In this document: positions 1-9,923 of the stretch, one piece after another
Numbering within the stretch: the first letter of the stretch is position 1
How the letters are laid out: every line of letters begins with the position of its first letter
IMG/VR virus record: IMGVR_UViG_3300007735_000765
Coordinates: 1 to 58,973 of that record
Length of the DNA: 58,973 nt
Strand: one strand, 5' to 3'
From: a virus
Lineage: Duplodnaviria; Caudoviricetes
The notes under the pieces: generated by a model
Told to the model about the DNA's origin: nothing
The model's database searches: none
What the model saw: the letters and a program-made list of their open reading frames with translations, nothing else
Position numbers and translations under genes: made by a program

Positions 1-158
1 CCTTCCACGTGCTGTTTAACAAACTTTGCCGCTTCTTTGAGACTACGATCAAAGTTGTCGGGGTTATAAATGTTCTGTACTCTGAGATAACTTTCAGGAT
101 TTTGAACCATCATTTCTAAAAATAATCTTTGTAGATCTGCGCTGTATTCTTTGCTCAT
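1..158 (-). CDS. Replicative DNA helicase (T4 gp41/DnaB-like), N-terminal fragment running off the window
   Basis: Hand translation MSKEYSADLQRLFLEMMVQNPESYLRVQNIYNPDNFDRSLK...; ATGA overlap with the primase stop; primase-helicase order is typical of T4-like phages. Confidence 0.65.
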   Translation of the reverse strand, partial: MSKEYSADLQRLFLEMMVQNPESYLRVQNIYNPDNFDRSLKEAAKFVKQHVE

Positions 159-1207
159 ATTTTCGCTGCCAATAATTTAATTTTCAATGGATTGGATTCT
201 GCTCCAGCCAGTATACTTTTTAACACAAACAGTTTCCCGTAGAGTTCAACTGCCTTGCTGACGTCTTTGCACTCAGTGTGCCACACAGGGAAACTCACTG
301 ACCAACCATAGTCCATGGCCTGCTCTACCGCTGTGTATCCGGGCCATACTTCTCGCCCCTGCTTGTTTGTATGTTTGTCAAAATCGGGTACAAATATAAC
401 TCGCTTGCCCAAGCGTTCAATTAAGTCCGCCTGTTGCATACTTACTTCGTTGGTCTGTGTACTAACGCCGTCTATGGCCATGGCATCAAATGGTCCTTCT
501 ACCACAATAATAAACTTATTCTCGGGACGCTGATTGTCTAAGTTAAAAACAAAGTGGCCGGGATGATCACTGTGATACTTGGGTTTGATGCCGTCGTTGA
601 CTGCTCTTGCTGTATAGCCAACTATTTCTTTGTTGTATTTAAAAGGAACAATGACCCTGTAATTTAATTTGTGTTCAACTTCCGGAGTCCAAAAGAATTC
701 ATAGCGTTGTAGATCAATTTTTCTATTTGCGGCGTAAGTGACTGCGTCTACAAAATTTTTAGGATAATTCTTATCTGCTAATTCGTAAAATTCAGCCAAG
801 CCCAAAAAACTTATGGCTTCTTTAGGCAATGATCTAGGTTGGAATGTAATTTCTTCTTCTGGTTCAACGTCTCGAATCTGTTCGGGGTTGACCAGATCTT
901 TGAGTCTTAGTGATTCGATGACCAGTCGTTGTATTTCTGTAGCATCTGCGCCTAGCCATTTTAAAAATCTTCGATATTTAAAACTCAGTGCTCTCCCAGG
1001 AGTGTATCCAGTTTTAAATCCGCAGTTAAAACAATGATAACTAACTCCTCCATCGCCGTTGGTTTTAACGCCGCCGCGGCCGCGTGTGTCCACATTGTGA
1101 CCATTGTGTTGACAGCACACAGCATTAAAACTCAGCCAACCACTTTGACTAGTTTTTCTTTTAGGTGGTAAGATGCTTAGGGTATAGTCCTGTACAGAAT
1201 TGAACAT
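155..1207 (-). CDS. DNA primase (T4 gp61-like)
   Basis: N-terminal Zn-binding region (CC...HCFNC) and TOPRIM motifs VVEGPFDA and PDFD. Confidence 0.9.
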   Translation of the reverse strand: MFNSVQDYTLSILPPKRKTSQSGWLSFNAVCCQHNGHNVDTRGRGGVKTNGDGGVSYHCFNCGFKTGYTPGRALSFKYRRFLKWLGADATEIQRLVIESLRLKDLVNPEQIRDVEPEEEITFQPRSLPKEAISFLGLAEFYELADKNYPKNFVDAVTYAANRKIDLQRYEFFWTPEVEHKLNYRVIVPFKYNKEIVGYTARAVNDGIKPKYHSDHPGHFVFNLDNQRPENKFIIVVEGPFDAMAIDGVSTQTNEVSMQQADLIERLGKRVIFVPDFDKHTNKQGREVWPGYTAVEQAMDYGWSVSFPVWHTECKDVSKAVELYGKLFVLKSILAGAESNPLKIKLLAAKI

Positions 1208-1244
1208 AGTTTGTTAGTATACACTAACGTTTGGTTGAAATCAA
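1205..1244 (-). promoter_or_regulatory. Sigma70-type promoter of the primase-helicase operon with an overlapping palindrome
   Basis: TTGATT-17-TATACT; GTTAGT-atac-ACTAAC inverted repeat at 1213-1228, repeated at 9929-9944. Confidence 0.55.
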
Positions 1245-1264
1245 ATAGTTTGATTAAAATGATA

Positions 1265-1534
1265 TTATTCAGATTCTATTAGATAATATCCACAGCCCGG
1301 ATGTGTAGGATAAGAAATTAATGACCTAACTTCGGGATATCTGCGACATCCTTCGGGCCTGGTTTCGTAAATTTGACAACTAAGTTGTTGGTCAAAGTGC
1401 TCGCACCAGGTTTCGGAAATTAATTTGCCAGCACTATAATTTTTAAACTTACAACATGCACCGCCACATATATTAGGAGTGCATGATCCGCCGACTACTG
1501 GATTTATCCAGATAGTTTCCACGTTTATACCCAA
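1265..1534 (-). CDS. YkgJ-like Cys-cluster (Zn/Fe-S chelating) protein
   Basis: CxxxxCGGACC ... C ... CQIYETRPEGCRRYP motif. Confidence 0.7.
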   Translation of the reverse strand: MGINVETIWINPVVGGSCTPNICGGACCKFKNYSAGKLISETWCEHFDQQLSCQIYETRPEGCRRYPEVRSLISYPTHPGCGYYLIESE

Positions 1535-2736
1535 GCAAAGTATTGAATATCATTGTTACCTAAATTAACACCTCCACCAGTGGAGTTTTGAAATTCTATG
1601 CTCAAGGTATCTGCGGCACTGGCCCAGGCTGCAGAAATAACAACGCCAAATGTCAACGCAGTACCAGATGTTATTATAATCTTGTGACTAGTTGTTAGGC
1701 CTGTGAGGGTGAATGTTTGTATGCTGTCTGAATTTTTGTTAATGTTGGCCGGATCAATTGTTAGTTTGCCTGCTAATATACTAGTAGCGGCTGTAAGGCT
1801 GGTAGCTGTTGATGCAGTACCAGTTACATTACCAGTTACTGCCGCGTTAACATTTCCGGCGGTAATATTTCCATTTACAGTTAATCCTGTGCCAGTTACC
1901 CATGCTATGTCTCTGAGAGTTGTTGTTCCAGCTGGTACTGCAGATAATACTAAATTGCCACCAAATGCCGATGTGGTAAAATTTTCCGAAGCTTTGAATG
2001 TGATTCTAGTACTAGCTGTACCGGGTATGGTGTTGCCGTTATGCCCGGTCGCAGAAATACGGATTATATCTTGTCCTGACAGGACAGGAGTGGGACTGGC
2101 AATATTACCATTTAATCGTCTGCCAACAAATGATGCAAACTCGTTTATGCCATCGTTATAAAATCTAGAAGGAACAGTTTGTTGTCCAGTAATATGAAGC
2201 ATTACTCCTGAATTGATCGGGGAGAAAATATTACCAGTAGTAGATCCAACAACTTGCATTGCACCGGCTGTAGCATCTACTGTAGGAACATAAAATGTAC
2301 TTTGTCCGTCTTTGTTAAATCTCGCAAACAAATTAGCAACATTGGGTGGATAAACATCTGGTTTATAAAATCCAACGTTACCAGTTAACTGAATTTCTGC
2401 TGTCCCGTTAGTGGACAGTATCATATTTTCGTTAGCGTTGGTTATACTTAATGTATTATTATTGGCTGTGAAATTGCCAAAACTCAGTGCTAAGTTAGCA
2501 GTGTCTATACGCAACACACCCGTGTTGTCAATAACGATACCGGGACCTGCTTTAATACCACCGACTGTAACATTTGATGCAATAGTATAAGGCACAGGAA
2601 CTCCACCTGGAGTTATTCCATCAGACAATCTGATTACGCCATTGGCAAAATTATAGAATAGAATTCCTTCTTCGCCTACGTATGTTGTGGCGTTTACAGT
2701 ATTAACCCGACTGGCTTTAATTTTACCTATTGCCAT
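1525..2736 (-). CDS. Virion structural / tail-fibre-like protein
   Basis: N-terminal GEEGILFY...IRLSDGITPGG motif; Gly/Thr/Asn-rich beta composition. Confidence 0.55.
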   Translation of the reverse strand: MAIGKIKASRVNTVNATTYVGEEGILFYNFANGVIRLSDGITPGGVPVPYTIASNVTVGGIKAGPGIVIDNTGVLRIDTANLALSFGNFTANNNTLSITNANENMILSTNGTAEIQLTGNVGFYKPDVYPPNVANLFARFNKDGQSTFYVPTVDATAGAMQVVGSTTGNIFSPINSGVMLHITGQQTVPSRFYNDGINEFASFVGRRLNGNIASPTPVLSGQDIIRISATGHNGNTIPGTASTRITFKASENFTTSAFGGNLVLSAVPAGTTTLRDIAWVTGTGLTVNGNITAGNVNAAVTGNVTGTASTATSLTAATSILAGKLTIDPANINKNSDSIQTFTLTGLTTSHKIIITSGTALTFGVVISAAWASAADTLSIEFQNSTGGGVNLGNNDIQYFAWV

Positions 2737-2740
2737 TTAA

Positions 2741-3082
2741 TTAAGCATCCAGTACATCGTTGTCGTCACCTGCATTGTGCATGACGCCTGCCAGTCTTTT
2801 AATTTCTTCTAATTCTTCACTGGTCTTGTCGCCTTCATTAGGCCCCGGATCATACCCTGGATTGTTCTCATCAAAATAGCTGTTGACGTCAACTGCTTTT
2901 TTTAATAGTTCAAGTTTTTGTTGTAAAGGTGCTACCATTGTTTTGGTATCAGTATGATCATCTAAATCTGCATCGACTGGATGTAGTTTACCTGACACTG
3001 TAATGTCTACTGGTGCTTGTTCTTTATTGCCAAATGCGGACAAAATATCGGCTGCGGCTTGAATAAATTCGTGTGATTTCAT
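2741..3082 (-). CDS. Hypothetical phage protein
   Basis: 113-aa ORF tightly packed between neighbours; IKRLAG motif. Confidence 0.6.
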   Translation of the reverse strand: MKSHEFIQAAADILSAFGNKEQAPVDITVSGKLHPVDADLDDHTDTKTMVAPLQQKLELLKKAVDVNSYFDENNPGYDPGPNEGDKTSEELEEIKRLAGVMHNAGDDNDVLDA

Positions 3083-3084
3083 AA

Positions 3085-3399
3085 TTATGTCTTCAAGTAA
3101 GTTGTACTATTTTGATTTAATGCGCTTTGGTAAACTGTACCGCATTCTGTGACTGTGATTGCTGTGCTGCCGCCTGCTACTGGTAATACGCTAATTCTGT
3201 TGCCGATACCGCCCATATTGATGTATGTGGGGAAATTCGCAGGGATCATTGCCCCCACGTTAGCTGTTAGTGTTGCTGGTGCGTTGATAGCATACACGCA
3301 GGCAGCGTTGGCCACTACCTTGACCTTTGTGCTGGCAATAGTGTTGCCGTTGCCTGCTATGTTGGCTGCGGTTGTTGTTACGACTGTATATGATGCCAT
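3085..3399 (-). CDS. Hypothetical, probably virion protein
   Basis: 104-aa Ala/Thr/Asn-rich ORF downstream of a TAAATA motif. Confidence 0.5.
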   Translation of the reverse strand: MASYTVVTTTAANIAGNGNTIASTKVKVVANAACVYAINAPATLTANVGAMIPANFPTYINMGGIGNRISVLPVAGGSTAITVTECGTVYQSALNQNSTTYLKT

Positions 3400-3425
3400 A
3401 TCTTAAAATCCTGTATATTTGTTAT

Positions 3426-3881
3426 TTAGCTGTTATTGGGATAAGCTGTGCTGACTACAAACATCTGTCCTTGCGCACCCCAATTGTCATCCACATAGGC
3501 TGCATACTTTACGTTACCGCTGGTATAGTAAATGCTGTAAATGTACTGATCACGTTCAAAAGCATTTATGTTAGCTGTGGGGATAGTAACTGTCCCTATG
3601 CCTGTAGTAGCATTAGAAATAGTCACATTAGACTGAAATACGACGTTGGCATTGCTAGTTACGTAATCGTCTATTAGACTAAACACCAAGGGCTGTACGT
3701 TAGATAACGTATAGGGTTTTTGATCCTGATTTTGTACTCGGACTTTGATTACGTTGTCCACGCCCTTATAGCAGGTAATTGTTCTGGTATACACGACTCT
3801 GTTCCTTTGTTGTATATCTGGGTCCGTGGTTATTTGAACCAGAACCGTGTTATCATAGATATATGTATTAATCTGTTGCAT
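3426..3881 (-). CDS. Putative baseplate/BppU-like Ig-fold structural protein
   Basis: YKGVDNVIKVRVQNQDQKP pattern; TAAATA 5 nt before ATG. Confidence 0.5.
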   Translation of the reverse strand: MQQINTYIYDNTVLVQITTDPDIQQRNRVVYTRTITCYKGVDNVIKVRVQNQDQKPYTLSNVQPLVFSLIDDYVTSNANVVFQSNVTISNATTGIGTVTIPTANINAFERDQYIYSIYYTSGNVKYAAYVDDNWGAQGQMFVVSTAYPNNS

Positions 3882-3942
3882 TTACATATTTAGCGCATAT
3901 CCAAATCCAAAACTAGGATATTTTTGAATCGCTAAATATTCA

Positions 3943-4311
3943 GTGATGGACTACCAAAAACTATTAGATCAGTACCCTTTTCTCAGCTATCTTACCTACG
4001 GCGGCAACGAATACATTGGAATTATTCAGAATATTGACGATGTAATTACCAGTATCTATGATTTTGCTGTTCTCAGAACAGAACAACAAAAAGTTTTATA
4101 TTTAGAGCTTGGAGAAACGTGGTGGTGGGAAAGCAATAGGATGGTGCCCATCAATATCTTCCTCAAACAAGATTGGTTTCAGTTCAGGCCCACACTGAAA
4201 ACATTTAACAGCAAAGACGTGGAATTAAAATATGGGCCAGCGTTAAGCCTCAAAGAAAACGCACAGAAGCGCAGTAAGCGCCGTAGTATTACCCTAGTTA
4301 GAAAAGTCTAA
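3943..4311 (+). CDS. Conserved hypothetical phage protein
   Basis: 122-aa ORF with GETWWWESNRMVPINIFL; preceded by CTAAATA. Confidence 0.7.
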   Translation: MMDYQKLLDQYPFLSYLTYGGNEYIGIIQNIDDVITSIYDFAVLRTEQQKVLYLELGETWWWESNRMVPINIFLKQDWFQFRPTLKTFNSKDVELKYGPALSLKENAQKRSKRRSITLVRKV

Positions 4312-4872
4312 CAAATTCATATGCACCGCAACGAGGTGCGCATAAGCCACAGCGTGGCTTTTCTTAAAGTAGTAACTGTCATCCTGAGGCTTTTCCCAAA
4401 CAGATTCTGCAACTTCCTGCCAAGTTCGCCCGATTAAATGTCGTTTAGCAGGACGTATTACTGCCAAAAACATGGCTAGCCTCGGAATACTGTTCACAGG
4501 TTCGGGCATACTAATCATAGTGTCGTAGTGATTACCTATGTGAATTAACTGCGTACAGAATGATCTTTCCCTGAGTTTCGGCCAATCAGGCTCTGTGTTC
4601 ATCAATTGGTCCAGATGCTGTTCGCTGGCAACTTGATTATACAAATTTACATTCAAAAAGTCTAACTTAACATAGCCCCGAAGTTCAGCTTCGCTGTGAT
4701 CCAAACTGCACTGGCCTGTAAAAGGATCTCTGGGTACTTCTGTAAAGTAAACACCTGTGTTATGTTTTACTAGTTTACCATCTCTCATTATACTGGCAGG
4801 TGCGTGTGCTAACAAAGATAAAATCTTTTCCCTGTTGGCAAAGTCTATGTCGATGTCGCTCTTAAAAGTCAT
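4294..4872 (-). CDS. Miniature DNA polymerase III alpha (DnaE)-like protein, palm/finger motifs only
   Basis: SDIDIDF, KHNTGVY, KLDFLNV and YYFKKSHAVAYA match the DnaE motifs PDxDxDF, HxxG, KxDFLG and YxFNKSHxxAY. Confidence 0.8.
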   Translation of the reverse strand: MTFKSDIDIDFANREKILSLLAHAPASIMRDGKLVKHNTGVYFTEVPRDPFTGQCSLDHSEAELRGYVKLDFLNVNLYNQVASEQHLDQLMNTEPDWPKLRERSFCTQLIHIGNHYDTMISMPEPVNSIPRLAMFLAVIRPAKRHLIGRTWQEVAESVWEKPQDDSYYFKKSHAVAYAHLVAVHMNLLDFSN

Positions 4873-5090
4873 TGTTCGTACCTCAAACTGAACCAGCTGG
4901 CCAGCTCGTCCCTGTAAAATGTAAACACAGTACGGCGATTGTACACTGCATCACCACTGAAATTATCCCAGTGAGCGGGTCTATAAGCAAAATCAAAGTC
5001 CTGTCCTTGTACAAAACCCTGTGCTCTTAGTTCCCTAACCAGTTCCATAATATAAGAAGGGTCCTTGTCTAAGATAGTAATTTCCGTCAC
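4869..5090 (-). CDS. Hypothetical protein
   Basis: Probable GTG start at 5090 overlapping the upstream stop (GTGA); the track gives a longer version to 5162. Confidence 0.55.
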   Translation of the reverse strand: MTEITILDKDPSYIMELVRELRAQGFVQGQDFDFAYRPAHWDNFSGDAVYNRRTVFTFYRDELASWFSLRYEQ

Positions 5091-5767
5091 AGGCCGGCCT
5101 TTGCCAAGATGTCTTTGACCCATTCTGTGTCTGCTACGTAGTCTTTGAATCTTCGTTGCCAAAAGTCTGGGTCAATCCACGGCATTACTAACTCTATTTG
5201 TTCTTCGTTGAGTGTTCCCAACCAATCAATTCCGCTATCGCAATTATACACAATCCAAGGGCTAATACGCCCATTTTGAATATGATGTACGATACGATTG
5301 CCAGCACCAAGCCTAAAATAATTGTTAAAATTTGCCTGTAATTTTTTGTCATTGTCTGCGCAGTCCTGCATTTCTTTTAGTGCTCGTTCCAATGCATCCT
5401 GTACAGCTTCTTTACGTAGATACTCTGACAACCACTGCAAATAGAATTCTTCTTTGCACCAATGATCTAACTTTTTATTATTTTTTAGTAGCCAATCAGT
5501 GAAGCTAGTGAAGTTTACACAGCGAACAGCATGAGCGTGCCTTCCGTATTTTACAAAAGCAAGATAATAAGGACTGGCTGCAAAATCGTCGTAGCTTTTT
5601 AGTTTGGCACTACCTTGTGTTAGTTCATAGAATCTAATATATGCTTTAAATCCTAACTGCACAGGAAATTCATTCTGACTTTGATGTCTGCGTTTAGGCT
5701 CGCACATGTGTGCGGTCAATGTGCTTTCTTTACTATAAGATTTGTTACAGTATTTGCAGATATACAT
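5087..5767 (-). CDS. Zn-finger (C2HC-type) hypothetical protein
   Basis: N-terminal CKYC...HMC. Confidence 0.7.
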   Translation of the reverse strand: MYICKYCNKSYSKESTLTAHMCEPKRRHQSQNEFPVQLGFKAYIRFYELTQGSAKLKSYDDFAASPYYLAFVKYGRHAHAVRCVNFTSFTDWLLKNNKKLDHWCKEEFYLQWLSEYLRKEAVQDALERALKEMQDCADNDKKLQANFNNYFRLGAGNRIVHHIQNGRISPWIVYNCDSGIDWLGTLNEEQIELVMPWIDPDFWQRRFKDYVADTEWVKDILAKAGL

Positions 5768-6534
5768 CAGATTATTTTATTATCTTTAAGGTAATTAATC
5801 AAATATTCATTGAGCTTTTGGTGATGTCCTGGCAGTCTATGTTTCATTTCATCAGGGGTGTTCCCGTATTTTCTCACGACATTATTTGGCACGGTGCTGG
5901 GCACTCCCTGACTGTGTTGCCATTGTACAGCAGTCCAAGATAAACTATGAACAAAATTTTTAACTTCTTTTAAAAATTTAAGTTTTGGTGCTTCTAATAA
6001 AATTTGATTATTTGAAATAGGTTCTGTAGTCGATTGATCTGCTTGATTAAAAATTATGCAGTTATGATTTCTACTGCGAAGATCTGCTATCAACGATAAA
6101 AACCTATACATCAAATCTTCAGTTCTGTCTAATAGACTGTACAATTCGGCTTTATGCATTAGATCGACATAAGCGTCTGTGTCTTTTACAGTCCAATGAT
6201 CTTCCCAGAGTTTTTCGAAAAATTGATTCTGTGGGTTAGTCCACCGTCCTTCAAAGGACATATCGTCGATATAATTTTCAACGTCTGTGGGTTTTAAAAT
6301 AGGTATTTCATTTCTTGAAATAAATGTCATACCCAACACATACAAAGTAGGCTCAGTGGTAGTATAACTATCTTTGACCGTAGTTCGTATGATTCTACTG
6401 TTTGCACTGCCGCCCAGGGCCAGACTATGACTGCGTTCTATGCCTAAACGTTGGGCCAAGTCTATATGACCTTTGCCCAGTGCATACATTTCCATATAAC
6501 TACAACCGTTGACTACCAGCCTAGTATACTTCAA
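5767..6534 (-). CDS. SGNH-like hypothetical protein
   Basis: VNGCSY, LALGGSANSRI and C-terminal His; paralogous to 7829-8626. Confidence 0.55.
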   Translation of the reverse strand: MKYTRLVVNGCSYMEMYALGKGHIDLAQRLGIERSHSLALGGSANSRIIRTTVKDSYTTTEPTLYVLGMTFISRNEIPILKPTDVENYIDDMSFEGRWTNPQNQFFEKLWEDHWTVKDTDAYVDLMHKAELYSLLDRTEDLMYRFLSLIADLRSRNHNCIIFNQADQSTTEPISNNQILLEAPKLKFLKEVKNFVHSLSWTAVQWQHSQGVPSTVPNNVVRKYGNTPDEMKHRLPGHHQKLNEYLINYLKDNKII

Positions 6535-6998
6535 CCCAGTTCCTTTTTGATATCTTGATCGCTCATTCCCAAGTCTTTGGCCATCGTTTTTAGATCTGCT
6601 GTGGTGTTAATGTCGGATAACAACTCAATCTCATCCTGCTTCATGTGTGGATAAAGTTTGATTAGAAATTTAATATTCTTGCTGTTGCTGGCGCCTTCAC
6701 GTTTTTTACTGGCTTGCCAATAATGACGTTGACGGCCCATGCCTGGACTTACACTGGTGCAGAGTAACCACTGAAGTTTGGGGTGTTTGTTTAAGTCAAA
6801 GAAATTCTGATTCACTTTGTCATTGGTGGCTCTAAGATACCACTCTTGTAAATCATCGCTGCCTTCTACGCTGGCTGCGTATCTCAGCATCAAATAAGTT
6901 GTGAATTTTTTCTTTTCGTCGTCGGTGAGCTCATCGTAAAATGCTCGATTTTTTATGTCGAGCTGAGCCATTTCATTGTTGATTGAAAGTTTATCCAT
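6531..6998 (-). CDS. Clamp-loader small subunit (T4 gp62-like)
   Basis: Size, FTTYLMLRY...N...HPKLQWLL pattern and replication context. Confidence 0.6.
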   Translation of the reverse strand: MDKLSINNEMAQLDIKNRAFYDELTDDEKKKFTTYLMLRYAASVEGSDDLQEWYLRATNDKVNQNFFDLNKHPKLQWLLCTSVSPGMGRQRHYWQASKKREGASNSKNIKFLIKLYPHMKQDEIELLSDINTTADLKTMAKDLGMSDQDIKKELG

Positions 6999-7306
6999 TA
7001 TACGTGATGATATTCTAGACCGGTGTTTTTATCTTCTTTGATAAGATGATACAGCATTATAACACGTTCTAGCTCGGCTTGTAAAGTGGGATTGGTTCTC
7101 GCTAGCCTACGAATTTGTCCCCAAAGCTGATCTTCCATCATATGGTCATGTAAGGGCCTGCCATCATCAGTTCTGGGATCATAATCTTTACCGTGTTCAT
7201 AACCTACCACAAATCTTGTGCTAGGGTCTGAGCCAAATTCTCTGGCATAAACTATGCCGTCATTGCGTTCATAAATGTACTTGATTCCAGGTTTTAGTTG
7301 TCCCAT
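6998..7306 (-). CDS. Hypothetical protein
   Basis: 102-aa ORF abutting neighbours. Confidence 0.6.
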   Translation of the reverse strand: MGQLKPGIKYIYERNDGIVYAREFGSDPSTRFVVGYEHGKDYDPRTDDGRPLHDHMMEDQLWGQIRRLARTNPTLQAELERVIMLYHLIKEDKNTGLEYHHV

Positions 7307-7841
7307 CGATTACCTCCATTACTGAATCTGCGACCGTGTATCTTCCTTGATTAATATTTTCGAAACTTTCGATTACTTCTTTGTGCAAAGGCAAAGCTGT
7401 TAGATCTATGTCTGTGCGCACAGTGCAAGTCATATTAGCCTGTTCATGTTTGGCAAAATACACAGTAGGTTTACCCGAGGCTGTAACGCACTGACTGACG
7501 AATTGGTGATGTATATGTCCGTAGTCTCCGTCTGCGTTGTGTGTAAGTATCAAACTGTAGTCCTTGCAGATGTTAACAATTTCCCTGGCTGCTTGTTCTT
7601 GGTTAAAGCTGAGACTATTGTTTTCCATGTCTTTATAAGTATCAGTGTAACCCAGATGTATTGTTGTTATTCCCTGGGGTCTCCAATAATTAGCTATTTC
7701 ACGGCCACGCGGTTCAAAATCACAGTAAGTGAGATACAATATTCTCCAGTCGAATTTATTATAAATCTCCATAAACGGCCTGGCAAAAATAATGCAGTCG
7801 TCGGGATGTGCTACCACGCACAGTGCTTTTAATCTTGCCAT
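7269..7841 (-). CDS. PIG-L/LmbE family deacetylase
   Basis: AHPDD and THNADGDYGHIHH motifs. Confidence 0.8.
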   Translation of the reverse strand: MARLKALCVVAHPDDCIIFARPFMEIYNKFDWRILYLTYCDFEPRGREIANYWRPQGITTIHLGYTDTYKDMENNSLSFNQEQAAREIVNICKDYSLILTHNADGDYGHIHHQFVSQCVTASGKPTVYFAKHEQANMTCTVRTDIDLTALPLHKEVIESFENINQGRYTVADSVMEVIDGTTKTWNQVHL

Positions 7842-8626
7842 TCTGTGATAATCTTGTAATAAATGTCTGCAAGATATTCTTGGCTTTCGGGTGCGCCATG
7901 GTATCCAGGATCTTCTCCTTTAAAAGGATACTTCCATGTGGCATGCTGTGGCAATAGATTGTTGTCGGTGATTAGATATCGATCAGGTACAATTTTGGGA
8001 ATGATACTTCTAACCGTACTGGCATTCCATAAGTTATCAGGCAAAACAATAAACTTGATGCCAGCCAAATAAGTCTGCACAATACCATCTCTCATGATCC
8101 AAGTATCCATTTGCAGTTTCCAATTACTGTCATACAAATGATTGATGTATTGTTTAACTGCGTTCTGTGTATTCTTATCAATTTTAGCCGCACGATAAGG
8201 ATGCACATAATTCTCCGCCAAACTAAAGATTGTTTCGCAGATCATTGTGTATGGACGGTTATTATAGTTTACATTATTGATACCTAGTTCGGGCACATAT
8301 CCATTTTTGATGTCGATGTTCTGTAAGTGCATTTGCAGATCACTGCCCGGACCTTTGTAGTCTCGGTCTGAAAATTGATAAGGGGCGGCAGTGGCTGGGA
8401 TTTCCATTCTGTCATGAAATGTTGGCGCAATGATCGCAAAGTCTGGACGCTGACGAATTACTTCTTCAATTTGAAGTCTTATTCCACCGTTGCTACAGCC
8501 TTGTCTAGCCAAATGTACTAAATCCCAATCTAATTTTCTTGCTAATACTTCTGCATAACTTGTGCCTGGCAGTGTTTCGCTGGGGCCGCTAAAACTACAG
8601 CCGCATACTATAAGTTTCTTTTTCAT
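7829..8626 (-). CDS. SGNH-like hypothetical protein
   Basis: VCGCSFS, LARQGCSN and DPGYH. Confidence 0.55.
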   Translation of the reverse strand: MKKKLIVCGCSFSGPSETLPGTSYAEVLARKLDWDLVHLARQGCSNGGIRLQIEEVIRQRPDFAIIAPTFHDRMEIPATAAPYQFSDRDYKGPGSDLQMHLQNIDIKNGYVPELGINNVNYNNRPYTMICETIFSLAENYVHPYRAAKIDKNTQNAVKQYINHLYDSNWKLQMDTWIMRDGIVQTYLAGIKFIVLPDNLWNASTVRSIIPKIVPDRYLITDNNLLPQHATWKYPFKGEDPGYHGAPESQEYLADIYYKIITEWQD

Positions 8627-9231
8627 AACTTTATCTTTTCAATAATATTAACTAATTGATCCCTGTGCCATAATTTTAAACTTCGATCAGTTTGTTCATG
8701 ATCCGCAATACTATCTAATGCATCAGGGAAATACCACGGGGCGGCAGACCAGTTGACGTGAGCAAACGGACACAGATCTCGATAATCGGGACTTAAACTA
8801 TCTTTGCCCATGTTTCCGCTATCTGTTGTTAATAGAAATCGTATGTCACTGGATATGAAATTTTTTAAAAATCTTAATTTATCTTCATTGGACAAATGAA
8901 TCATAACGTCACTGGATAAAACTAAATCTACATGTGGGATAGGATCAGATGTGCAGTCATGGTGAAGCACAGTAATATCTGGAAAAAGAACGCTGGCTCT
9001 ACCAACATGAAATAACGATATATCTCCGCCTATATAGTTTATGTTATTACCTGCAAAATCTATGTGCCGGGTCCAGTGCCTATCTTTACAGCCACTATCG
9101 AATACACTGTTTACGTTGTATTTTCTAAATAAATCCAACAAGTCTGATAATCGTTCTAGATAACCAGACTCCAAACTAGTCGAGGGCGTTTTATTATAAG
9201 ATTCGACTTTGATTCTTAATACTTCATTCAT
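8623..9231 (-). CDS. Class I SAM-dependent methyltransferase
   Basis: VFDSGC, YIGGDIS and DVMIHL motifs. Confidence 0.7.
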   Translation of the reverse strand: MNEVLRIKVESYNKTPSTSLESGYLERLSDLLDLFRKYNVNSVFDSGCKDRHWTRHIDFAGNNINYIGGDISLFHVGRASVLFPDITVLHHDCTSDPIPHVDLVLSSDVMIHLSNEDKLRFLKNFISSDIRFLLTTDSGNMGKDSLSPDYRDLCPFAHVNWSAAPWYFPDALDSIADHEQTDRSLKLWHRDQLVNIIEKIKL

Positions 9232-9410
9232 TCGTGATTTTTATTTGTTAGCTCAGGCTTGCTGTAAAAGTATCCATACTCTTTGTGTAACCATTCTACA
9301 AATTTGTAAACTTCATTGGCTTGAAAGTCTCTGTGGGCACGTTGTTCGTTATATAACTTACTGGCGTTGTGTAAATTATGCAACCAGTCTTTTTCTGACA
9401 TCTGTGACAT
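9228..9410 (-). CDS. Small hypothetical protein
   Basis: 60-aa ORF with AGGAAA RBS and ATGA overlap. Confidence 0.55.
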   Translation of the reverse strand: MSQMSEKDWLHNLHNASKLYNEQRAHRDFQANEVYKFVEWLHKEYGYFYSKPELTNKNHE

Positions 9411-9419
9411 TTTATTTCC

Positions 9420-9923
9420 TTACCACACTTTAGTATAATTCACTACCTCACTTTGTCTAGTAATATCTTTAACAAAGTAAACACAGAGAGGTTTTTCTGT
9501 GCCAGTCTCTAGTGGAATGGCCAACATCTGCCCGGGCTTGAGTTTAGGAAAGTACCATTTGACATCTTGATAGATGTCAATGACTTCCACAGGAAAAAAC
9601 TCAGGCCTAAAACTACTCAAGGGATTAAATGCAAAAACACTGAATCCCCTATCGTTGATGCTGGTCAATGGCACTACTTCAAGGTCGCCTAAATCAGGTT
9701 CTCCTATTAGCATCTGCCAGTCCATGGGCATTTTAATAATGTGTCCGCCTATGTTTAGTACTAGTGCAGGACTGTTAAATGATTCTAAGAAAATTAAAGG
9801 TATCCAAAAATAATCAGGATCTTTTGGATCACTGTTGTCTAAGACACAAAATCTTATGTCGTTGACTTCTTCGGGAATATCATTTAATTCGTAGCTGGTA
9901 TTTTCTAATGTTAATAATCTCAT
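9420..9923 (-). CDS. Conserved hypothetical phage protein
   Basis: 167-aa ORF heading the operon that includes the gp62-like gene and mini-DnaE. Confidence 0.7.
   Translation of the reverse strand: MRLLTLENTSYELNDIPEEVNDIRFCVLDNSDPKDPDYFWIPLIFLESFNSPALVLNIGGHIIKMPMDWQMLIGEPDLGDLEVVPLTSINDRGFSVFAFNPLSSFRPEFFPVEVIDIYQDVKWYFPKLKPGQMLAIPLETGTEKPLCVYFVKDITRQSEVVNYTKVW

Noticed and set aside
1703-2161. Plus-strand ORFs antisense to well-supported genes (many across the window)
   Set aside because: Shadow frames of minus-strand genes, with no independent signals.
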